Source of the DNA: an uncultured Gammaproteobacteria bacterium
Lineage (GTDB): Bacteria; Patescibacteriota; Patescibacteriia; Magasanikbacterales; UBA922
Assembly (NCBI GenBank): GCA_964566225.1
Contig: CAZMHV010000001.1
Span: 242,651 to 306,650 of the forward strand
Direction of reading: 5' to 3'
Length of the DNA stretch: 64,000 nucleotides
Shown here: positions 57,240 to 64,000 of the stretch, piece after piece
Numbering within the stretch: position 1 is the stretch's first letter
Layout: every line of letters starts with the position of its first letter
Translations under genes and position numbers: made by a program
Notes under the pieces: generated by a model
The model's database searches: none
The model's input: the letters and a program-made list of their open reading frames with translations, nothing else
Told to the model about the DNA's origin: nothing

Positions 57240-58145
57240 TCAGTAGTCGATCTGGTTCGCCGGGAGCGGATCGATGAGCCTGATCTGGCGGAGGCGACGG
57301 AACTTGTAGGCGCCGGCCGTCACCAGAGGCTGAGTGACCTCCGGGTGGATGAAGATCGGCATGGAGAACCGATCCCGGCAGGCCGCGCGCGGGTTGACCA
57401 CGCGGTGCGTCACCGAGGGGATCTCGCCGAACGTGTGCATCTGCAGCATGTCACCAGGGTTGACGATGATCGACCCCATGGGGTTGTTGGCGTCCAGCCA
57501 CACGCCGTCGCGCGTCTTCACCTGCAGGCCCGGCTCGTCCGACGGCACCAACAGAGTGACCAGGTTGATGTCCTCGTGATCACCCGAACGGGGCACTTCG
57601 GGGTCCGAGCCGTCCAGCGCCGGGTAGTGGATGACGCGGAGCAGGTTCTCGCCCTTGGCGATCCAGTTGAGGAAGAAGTTCGGATCGCGACCGAGGTGCA
57701 TGGCGAGCGCCTTCAGGATCGTTCCACCAGCACAGGCCTTGAGCGCCGCGTGAAGTTCCAGAGCCGTGGGCCCGAAGTCCGGCACCTCGACCGGGAACTC
57801 GTTCCGAACGATCGACGCCGGATCGTTGACGTGCCAGAAGGCCATGCGGTTGGCCCGGGTCTGCCCCACCGAGACTTCGGTGTCCGCGGGCGTGAAGCCC
57901 ATCTGGTGACCCTCGGCCACGAACTCGTACCGCAGCCGCTGCTCCAGGGTCATGCGGGTGAGGAAGACCTCACGCGCGAGCTCGAAAGCCCGGGCGAGAA
58001 GATTCTCCTGCACGCCGTGTCCGACGATGGAGACGAAGCCGTGCTCACGGAAGATACGCCCGAGCGCGTCCGCGATTTCCATGTCTCCCGCTTCGTCTTC
58101 TCCGAAGCGGTGCATGTCAAGAATGGGAATACCACTCAATTTCAT
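57240..58145 (-). CDS. 2OG-Fe(II) oxygenase, isopenicillin-N-synthase-like family (GC-rich, foreign composition)
   Basis: N-terminal DIOX_N-like 'IPILDMHRF', HxD 'HEDINLVTLL', distal His in 'THRVVNP'; about 62% GC. Confidence 0.7.
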   Translation of the reverse strand: MKLSGIPILDMHRFGEDEAGDMEIADALGRIFREHGFVSIVGHGVQENLLARAFELAREVFLTRMTLEQRLRYEFVAEGHQMGFTPADTEVSVGQTRANRMAFWHVNDPASIVRNEFPVEVPDFGPTALELHAALKACAGGTILKALAMHLGRDPNFFLNWIAKGENLLRVIHYPALDGSDPEVPRSGDHEDINLVTLLVPSDEPGLQVKTRDGVWLDANNPMGSIIVNPGDMLQMHTFGEIPSVTHRVVNPRAACRDRFSMPIFIHPEVTQPLVTAGAYKFRRLRQIRLIDPLPANQIDY

Positions 58146-58214
58146 TACCCTTTCAATTTGAGTTCAATTATCCCAGGCAACCACGCCCGAGAACCACCCG
58201 CAAGAATACAAAAA

Positions 58215-58240
58215 ATACTTTTGATTGTCAACAAAAGTAT
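58215..58240 (+). promoter_or_regulatory. Perfect 9-bp inverted repeat ATACTTTTG-N8-CAAAAGTAT (operator candidate) overlapping the -35
   Basis: Seen in the divergent intergenic region between the oxygenase and the nucleoside phosphorylase. Confidence 0.4.
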
Positions 58241-58268
58241 TGACAAACAGAAGAATTTTCTTTATTCT
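58240..58268 (+). promoter_or_regulatory. sigma70 promoter TTGACA-N17-TATTCT for the nucleoside phosphorylase gene
   Basis: Consensus -35, 17-nt spacer; AGGGGA RBS before the ATG at 58300. Confidence 0.5.
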
Positions 58269-58299
58269 GCACCTACACCAACAACCAGGGGAAACCCAA

Positions 58300-59109
58300 A
58301 TGAGTGAGAAAGCTGTCTCGGCAGCCCGTCCGATCATCGGTGGACTGACCATGCACCTCAAGACCGCGCCGGGCTCGCTGGCGCCGCACTGCCTCATGGT
58401 GGGCGCGGCGGGGCGTGCACGGACGATCGCGCAGGAGTACCTGACCGGCGCAGTCAAGGTGGGCGGTGACGACAACCGCTACTACGACTGCTACACGGGC
58501 GAGTACAGGGGGTTGCCGATCTCCGTGGTCACCCACGGGATCGGCATGCCTTCGATGCTCATCGCGATCGAAGAGTCCCGCATGTCAGGTGCCCAACGGT
58601 ACCTGCGAATCGGGTCGTGCTCCACGCTCCGGCGAGACATCAACATCGGTGACGTAGCCATCGTGGCCGGCGCGCTCCCGCCGGGCGCGACAGACATCGA
58701 CGGGTTGGTGAATGCTGACCCAAGGATGTACCACGCGCTTCTCGAAGCTGCAGACAAGATCGTCAAGGTGCCCTATGCCTACGGCATCTGCGTGACCACC
58801 AACGACTTCACTGGTGGGCAGGGCAGGCCGGACGCAGAAGGCTTCCTGGACGAGGAGGACAAGCTCGATCACGAAGCGAGGATCAACGGCGGCGAGATCG
58901 ACTTCTACGACATGGAGAACTACGCGCTGTTCAACCGGGCCAGGACTCGTCGCACCGCGAGACGCGCCGGCTTCATGGCCGGCAGCGTGATGGCGGTATA
59001 CGGCAACCGCATCACTGACCAGCTCGTCGAGCACGCCGGTGACAAGGAGACCATCGAGACGGCCCTGCAGGCCATGGTGCTGCTCGCGCACGACCACCCC
59101 CTCCCCTGA
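58300..59109 (+). CDS. PNP/UDP-family (family-1) nucleoside phosphorylase/nucleosidase (GC-rich, foreign composition)
   Basis: 'HCLMVGAAGRARTIAQEYL' resembles the DeoD 'VVLMPGDPLRAKYIAETFL' region; 'ISVVTHGIGMPSMLIAIEE' and 'GSCSTLRRDINIGDVAIV' resemble the family core. Confidence 0.65.
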   Translation: MSEKAVSAARPIIGGLTMHLKTAPGSLAPHCLMVGAAGRARTIAQEYLTGAVKVGGDDNRYYDCYTGEYRGLPISVVTHGIGMPSMLIAIEESRMSGAQRYLRIGSCSTLRRDINIGDVAIVAGALPPGATDIDGLVNADPRMYHALLEAADKIVKVPYAYGICVTTNDFTGGQGRPDAEGFLDEEDKLDHEARINGGEIDFYDMENYALFNRARTRRTARRAGFMAGSVMAVYGNRITDQLVEHAGDKETIETALQAMVLLAHDHPLP

Positions 59110-59217
59110 CCTTGCCTCGGCAAGGGGACACGCGGGTGGCATCAAGGACGACGTCACCCGGACTGTGCATTTCATTTTTGAAAAATACAGTTTGGAGATG
59201 TGATGTCGTCTCAACAT

Positions 59218-59256
59218 AAAAATAATCCCGTTTTCTGCGGGATTATTTTTTTATCT
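59218..59256. terminator. Bidirectional rho-independent terminator
   Basis: AATAATCCCG-loop-CGGGATTATT followed by TTTTTTT. Confidence 0.65.
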
Positions 59257-59264
59257 TTCAAATT

Positions 59265-59678
59265 TTAATTTGCCTTCTTAAACTTCACCTGAAACACTGG
59301 CTCATAATTTTGTTCGTATTCATCAGTTACAGAAACAGTCTCCCCTTTCATTACTTGAGTCATAGCAATGTCACTGAGCATTTCGTTGTCACTTTCAATG
59401 TCAATTTTCAAATCTTCAATTTGTTGAAATTCGTTGTGAAAATCTTGGCGAATGGTATTTTCAATTGATTTTTTCTTTTCACGAAGGGTCTTGAGTTTTT
59501 CCATGGCCTCAACATATTCTTGCACGGTTTTGAGCGCATCACTGTATGATGTTTTTAAATCTTTCATTTTCTTTTTATTTTTTTGAATGCGCACGAAAAT
59601 TTCTTGGATGTTTTGCATAGAGTCATGAAGAAGTAAAAATGATTGCTCTATTATAGATGAAAAAATGATTCTGGTCAA
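59265..59678 (-). CDS. hypothetical coiled-coil protein (AT-rich, native composition)
   Basis: Lys/Glu-rich helical ORF between two GC-rich genes. Confidence 0.45.
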   Translation of the reverse strand: MTRIIFSSIIEQSFLLLHDSMQNIQEIFVRIQKNKKKMKDLKTSYSDALKTVQEYVEAMEKLKTLREKKKSIENTIRQDFHNEFQQIEDLKIDIESDNEMLSDIAMTQVMKGETVSVTDEYEQNYEPVFQVKFKKAN

Positions 59679-59813
59679 AGAACAAAAAAACTGACTCTAT
59701 ATGAATCAGTTTTTTTGTAATTTGTGAAAACAAAATTTTCTTTGCACAAATCTCCCCCGGCCGCCTTGCACGAAATTGTGAACAGGGCGGGCCGGTGAAT
59801 ACGTTGTTGTGGG

Positions 59814-60896
59814 TTACTGAACTGCCGAGACAGCCTGAGCATCAGCAGGTGCACAGATACTCGTCATCACCTCGTGAGTCCTGGCCATCTCCGGAAATGA
59901 CGGAAACTGAAACCCTGAGAGTGTCTGAACATGCGAGGACTTGTCGAGCTTGAGCAGCTTGGTGATATCCTCCATCTGCTCGGCACAGAAAATATCGTCG
60001 AGCACAGCCTGACGAACCGGTGTTTCCTCATACGCCGCTTGATAGGCCATAGCTTCGGCCACCACAAACTGCATATACTGCTCGCGGATGTCTCCAATGC
60101 AGAGTGAGATCTGATTGGGATTTTTCACCCCGTTCAGATGAAAATCTGCGAGCAAATTGAGCGCCACAACGGAACGAATCACGAACTGTCCATTGGCATC
60201 CCTCGGCAACGCCTCCCGCAGATTCCAGTGCAACTGTGCACACTGGGCTTCGCGGTGACGTGTACGAAAGCACTCCAACTTCTTGGCCGCCGCTCGACTG
60301 GTCTTGGCTGCACTCGTCAGCACACCTTCGCACTGAGCTCGAGTGCTCTCGGTCAGACTGACCTTCTCCGTGATCAGTTTGGACGAAGGTGCAAAGCCCC
60401 GCCACTCCCAGTCTTCACTGTAAACCTTACATGGGAGATTCCTACAGACGGTGAGCAGATCAGCGTCCGAGACCACCGCCTGAACCGAGGACGAGACCGC
60501 CACGGTTGGTAGCGCAGGTGGAAGAGGTGGAGTTGGCGCTGTCGTATCAGGTTCCAGAGACGGAGGCGAAACCGGCGATGATAGCATCACCGGAAGGGAC
60601 TTCGCCGGGACAGGAAGAACCAGCGTCGGCTCCGAAGAGATTGCGCCCAGCAACCACGCGATGTCATCCAAATCCCCTGCAGCATGGAAGTCTTCGACCA
60701 CCACCTCCTTTTCGTCTTGCGAACTGCCCCCCGAGGCTCCCAGGAAGTATCCACCTCCAAACGACACAGCCCAGAGAAACAGAACGCTGCGGACGACGTT
60801 CCGAAGAGCCTTTCCACTCAACTCGATTTTGTTGCTCACGACAGACTCCCCTCGCGCCTCGCGCGAATTGAAAAAGTGAAGCATCAGTCGACCCAT
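59814..60896 (-). CDS. hypothetical membrane-anchored protein with Pro-rich linker (GC-rich, foreign composition)
   Basis: About 55% GC; N-terminal TM 'VVRSVLFLWAVSFGGGYFLGA', linker 'PTPPLPPALP', Cys-containing C-terminal domain. Confidence 0.45.
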   Translation of the reverse strand: MGRLMLHFFNSREARGESVVSNKIELSGKALRNVVRSVLFLWAVSFGGGYFLGASGGSSQDEKEVVVEDFHAAGDLDDIAWLLGAISSEPTLVLPVPAKSLPVMLSSPVSPPSLEPDTTAPTPPLPPALPTVAVSSSVQAVVSDADLLTVCRNLPCKVYSEDWEWRGFAPSSKLITEKVSLTESTRAQCEGVLTSAAKTSRAAAKKLECFRTRHREAQCAQLHWNLREALPRDANGQFVIRSVVALNLLADFHLNGVKNPNQISLCIGDIREQYMQFVVAEAMAYQAAYEETPVRQAVLDDIFCAEQMEDITKLLKLDKSSHVQTLSGFQFPSFPEMARTHEVMTSICAPADAQAVSAVQ

Positions 60897-61045
60897 TCGA
60901 CCGAAAATACAACAGAAAAAATTTTCTCCTGTACATTCGGCCGAATCTATAACAACGTATTTTTTCTCCTCATAAAAAGAACAACTTAGAAAATTCTAAG
61001 TTGCTGAGTATAGCAAAAAAAACTTATAAAGTCAAGAAGCAACGC

Positions 61046-62230
61046 TTAAAACCGATACAACTGCATAAGACGCTCCAAATACTTCTCCCTCGACAACATC
61101 TCAATCCCTGCTCGGCCAGTCATACCCATTGTACAAACCTCGCCTGGGTGCTCCACACACCACTGCAATTTTTCACGCAAAGAATTTTCATTTCCTGCCA
61201 CAAAAGTAAAACCATTCTCACCCTCTTTAATCAGCTCGGCAATCCCTTCAATATTACTTGCCAGCACCGGCGTTTTGTACGAAAAACTTTCAAAAATAAC
61301 TGTGGGAGAATTTTCGTAGCACAGAGATGGCACGACCGTGATATCGACAGTTTCAAATACGGCAGATAATTCCGAGTGTTCAAGTCGTCCATGAATTTTT
61401 ATATTTTTTTCTGCATCAACAAGTGTATGCAGCTCTTGCAATTTTGAACCCGTACCAACAATGTGCAATTCACATGGCACAGAACTTTTTTTGACAAAAT
61501 CACAAAATGTTTTGGCCAAAAATAAAACCCCTTTGTGTGTTTCAATTTGCCCTAGATACAAAAAGCGAAACACATCATTTTCTTTTTTAACAATATCTGC
61601 CACATCCAGCATCACGGGATTGCGCAGCACCACACGCTCAGAATCAGCAAAAAATCCCCACTTCTCATAGAACTGCAACAAAAATTGCGAAGGAGAAATC
61701 ACTACATTTGGTGAACCCAAAAGTCGTCGCATAATTGCAGCATAAACGCGAGTAACAAATCCACGATAACGCCATGAATTTTCTTTTTGTTTCAAAATAA
61801 TGCCACTTGGTTCTACCAATTGCACATCATGCACCGTGTGCACATGCAAAATTTTGAGTGAACGAATAACACGTGAAATAAGAAATCCAATTCCCATAAA
61901 ATTGTGTGTGTGCACCACATCTGGTTTTTCTTGTACCAAAATCTTTTTTATTGATCGAGCAGAGTCAAAATTCCAAATATCAACAACATGCCACCACAAC
62001 CGAGAGAGCGCTGAATGTTTGTGAGCGTCCAAATACGAAAAAATATTTTGTGGACAAAGACGATAAATAGTCACATTCCCCTTTTTTTCTACTTCAAAAT
62101 TTGGTCCAAGCGTAATAACCACCACTGAGTGCCCAGCCTCAACCAAACCCTGGACAGTCTTAAAAACCACCTGTTCGGCTCCGCCGCGGGCATAAGGTGG
62201 GTATAAATTGTGGACGATAGCGACTTTCAT
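61046..62230 (-). CDS. Glycosyltransferase family 4
   Basis: 'MKVAIVHNLYPPYARGGAEQVV', C-terminal 'VVPSLCYENSPTVIFESFSYKTPVLASNIEG'. Confidence 0.8.
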   Translation of the reverse strand: MKVAIVHNLYPPYARGGAEQVVFKTVQGLVEAGHSVVVITLGPNFEVEKKGNVTIYRLCPQNIFSYLDAHKHSALSRLWWHVVDIWNFDSARSIKKILVQEKPDVVHTHNFMGIGFLISRVIRSLKILHVHTVHDVQLVEPSGIILKQKENSWRYRGFVTRVYAAIMRRLLGSPNVVISPSQFLLQFYEKWGFFADSERVVLRNPVMLDVADIVKKENDVFRFLYLGQIETHKGVLFLAKTFCDFVKKSSVPCELHIVGTGSKLQELHTLVDAEKNIKIHGRLEHSELSAVFETVDITVVPSLCYENSPTVIFESFSYKTPVLASNIEGIAELIKEGENGFTFVAGNENSLREKLQWCVEHPGEVCTMGMTGRAGIEMLSREKYLERLMQLYRF

Positions 62231-62320
62231 ATAGAGCAGTATACGCAATCAAGCGAAATTTCGCAATGGGGCAAAATCCTTGAAAAGAAGGCTGTTTTAC
62301 GGTAAGATACTATTTACCCT

Positions 62321-63745
62321 ATGCCAAATGAAATAGAACGAATTCCACCTCAAAATATTGAAGCCGAAATGTCACTGCTCGGTTCTATTTTGCTTGATAA
62401 AGAAGCTATTCTCAAAGTAGCTGATCTTATTGACCAAGATGATTTTTACAAAAATGCACACCGAGATATTTATGGCACCATCATGGAACTCTATGGTCGC
62501 AATGAACCCGTAGATTTGCTTACTCTCAGTAACCGCTTGGAAGAAAAAAAGATGCTCGAACGAATTGGTGGACGTACCTACTTGGTAGAAATTTCCAACG
62601 CAGTTCCAACATCATCACATATTGTAAACTACGGACAAATTATTCGTCGCAAATCTTTGCTGCGCCGACTTATTCAAGCAGCATCATCGATCAACGGACT
62701 CGGTTACCAAGAAGAAACAGAAGATGTCGACAAAATTTTGGATGAAGCGCAACAACAACTCTACGGAATTTCCTCAAAACACATTAAACAAAGTTTTACC
62801 CCCATTCAAAACATTTTGAGTGAGGCATTTGACCGCATTGACGAACTGCACCGTGAAAAAGGCAAACTGCGTGGGGTGCCAAGTGGATTCAAAGACCTCG
62901 ATAACTTACTCGGTGGTTTTCAAAAATCTGACCTTATTATTCTCGCAGCTCGTCCATCTGTGGGTAAAACCGCGCTGACACTGGACTTTGCACGTGCCGC
63001 TGCAGTGAAATACAAAGTACCTGTTGGCCTCTTTTCACTCGAAATGAGTAAAGAACAGCTCGTTGACCGTTTGCTCAGTTCTGAAGCAGGTGTGGACTTG
63101 TGGAAACTGCGTACCGGAAACCTCTCTGACCGACCAGACAGTGATGACTTTCCTCGTATTGGTCAGGCCATGGGTGTACTTTCGGAAGCACCTATCTATA
63201 TTGACGACAGTGCAGGCAACAACATTATGCAAATTCGTACCAAAGCCAGACGGTTGCAAGCTGAGCACGGACTTGGTATTATTATCATCGACTATTTGCA
63301 GCTCATGGAATCACACAACAGTAAAGGCAGTGACAACCGTGTACAAGAAGTCTCTGAAATGAGTCGTGGACTCAAAAGTTTGGCCCGTGAACTCAATGTG
63401 CCAGTAATTGCACTGTCACAGCTTTCTCGTGCGGTAGAACAAACCAAACCAGCGATTCCAAAACTGTCTCACCTTCGTGAATCTGGGAGTATTGAACAAG
63501 ATGCCGATGTGGTTATGTTTATTTATCGTAAAGCGGCTGACCGTAACTACCGACTGGAGGACATTCCACCAGATGAACGTCACATTGGTGAAATTCATGT
63601 AGCCAAACACCGTAATGGTCCAACTGGCATGGTCAAAGTATTCTTTGATGAAACGCGTGCGAGTTACCGCAACCTCGACATGCACTTTACGCCTCCGACT
63701 TCAAGTGCATCGCCTCCAGCAAAACCCGCTATCCCACAATTTTAA
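62321..63745 (+). CDS. dnaB: Replicative DNA helicase DnaB
   Basis: Walker A 'ARPSVGKTALTL', 'IIIDYLQLM', 'ALSQLSRAVE', 'LRESGSIEQDADVV'. Confidence 0.9.
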   Translation: MPNEIERIPPQNIEAEMSLLGSILLDKEAILKVADLIDQDDFYKNAHRDIYGTIMELYGRNEPVDLLTLSNRLEEKKMLERIGGRTYLVEISNAVPTSSHIVNYGQIIRRKSLLRRLIQAASSINGLGYQEETEDVDKILDEAQQQLYGISSKHIKQSFTPIQNILSEAFDRIDELHREKGKLRGVPSGFKDLDNLLGGFQKSDLIILAARPSVGKTALTLDFARAAAVKYKVPVGLFSLEMSKEQLVDRLLSSEAGVDLWKLRTGNLSDRPDSDDFPRIGQAMGVLSEAPIYIDDSAGNNIMQIRTKARRLQAEHGLGIIIIDYLQLMESHNSKGSDNRVQEVSEMSRGLKSLARELNVPVIALSQLSRAVEQTKPAIPKLSHLRESGSIEQDADVVMFIYRKAADRNYRLEDIPPDERHIGEIHVAKHRNGPTGMVKVFFDETRASYRNLDMHFTPPTSSASPPAKPAIPQF

Positions 63746-63768
63746 TATATTATTTTTAATACAGAACT

Positions 63769-64000
63769 ATGTTTCAAAAACTCAAACAGTTCAAAGACCT
63801 TCGTGACCAAGCCAAACACTTGCAAGACGAACTTGAAAAAGAAGTCATCAGTGTGAATGCTGCGAGTAACCAAATTGTCCTTACCATGAACGGTAACCTC
63901 AAAATCACTGGACTTGCTATCGATGACGCACTGCTCTCTCCATCTATGAAAACCAAACTTATTGATGGCCTCAAAGATGCTCACGAAGATGCCCTCAAGA
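63769..64000 (+). CDS. YbaB/EbfC-family nucleoid-associated protein, 3'-truncated by window edge
   Basis: 'MFQKLKQFKDLRDQAKHLQDELEKEVISVNAASNQIVLTMNGNLKITGLAIDDALLSP...DGLKDAHEDALK' matches the YbaB family; the ORF runs off the window and is not in the ORF track. Confidence 0.6.
   Translation, partial: MFQKLKQFKDLRDQAKHLQDELEKEVISVNAASNQIVLTMNGNLKITGLAIDDALLSPSMKTKLIDGLKDAHEDALK

Noticed and set aside
57150-58307. 385-aa plus-strand ORF antisense to the 2OG oxygenase
   Set aside because: It lies in roughly 60% GC DNA, where long spurious ORFs are expected. It has no motifs and overlaps a gene with clear family signatures on the other strand.
57085-59264. Search for attL/attR (a direct repeat of the tRNA-Lys 3' end) and an integrase to define a classical integrative island
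   Set aside because: No copy of the tRNA 3' segment (GGTTCGATCCCCAGCCGTCCCA) and no integrase or recombinase ORF were found anywhere in the window. Island boundaries are therefore compositional only.
1-64000. CRISPR arrays, rRNA genes, group I/II introns, integrases, transposases
   Set aside because: No spaced direct repeats, no rRNA-like GC-rich conserved stretches, no intron catalytic motifs and no recombinase-like ORFs were seen on either strand.

Overview
This 64 kb window reads as an AT-rich (roughly 35-40% GC by eye), gene-dense bacterial chromosome segment. Short proteins, many membrane-anchored hypotheticals, a VirD4-like fragment and a SWIB-domain protein make it look like a Patescibacteria/CPR-type genome, but that is inference.

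Recognisable housekeeping genes: dnaX, a UvrD/HelD-like helicase, greA, folD, uvrA, uvrB, a beta-CASP MBL ribonuclease, murJ, lepA, recJ, rnhA, lepB, yidC, a MurE-like Mur ligase, dnaB, a partial YbaB/EbfC, and a heat-shock operon (hrcA-grpE-hsp20-NUDIX-GNAT-dnaK-DUF3467-dnaJ) with a CIRCE operator abutting hrcA.

RNA genes: tRNA-Gln(CTG), tRNA-Lys(TTT), a probable tRNA-Pro(TGG) with unusual linker lengths, and a tRNA-like element carrying a Leu(UAG)-type anticodon loop whose acceptor stem does not pair. The tRNA genes and several operons are preceded by clear sigma70-like promoters (TTGACA-like -35, 17-nt spacer, -10), and several operons end in bidirectional rho-independent terminators.

Accessory content:
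- A cell-envelope glycosylation cluster (GT4, DUF2304, GT2, UDP-sugar epimerase/decarboxylase, polyprenyl-phosphate sugar transferase) next to a secreted S8 subtilase and a Ca-binding-repeat secreted protein.
- A four-gene surface-protein operon with two cysteine-containing S/T/G-rich paralogs.
- Tandem SanA/YdcF (DUF218) paralogs.

The most unusual signals are several sharply GC-rich (~55-62%) inserts in the AT-rich background:
(i) a ~2.1 kb island directly 3' of tRNA-Lys, carrying a divergent 2OG-Fe(II) oxygenase / PNP-UDP-family nucleoside phosphorylase pair. They share an AT-rich intergenic region with a textbook promoter overlapped by a perfect 9-bp palindrome.
(ii) a GC-rich, Cys-cluster small ORF with a perfect Shine-Dalgarno, boxed in by terminators.
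(iii) a GC-rich membrane-protein gene.
(iv) a 291-bp MITE-like element with perfect 9-bp GC-rich terminal inverted repeats and a 5-bp TCAAA target-site duplication, inserted between dnaK and dnaJ.
(v) a ~300-bp GC-rich islet after the sugar transferase that encodes a small single-TM peptide.

A translin-family homologue, rare in bacteria, sits inside the mosaic GC/AT region near tRNA-Lys. No CRISPR array and no rRNA were seen.
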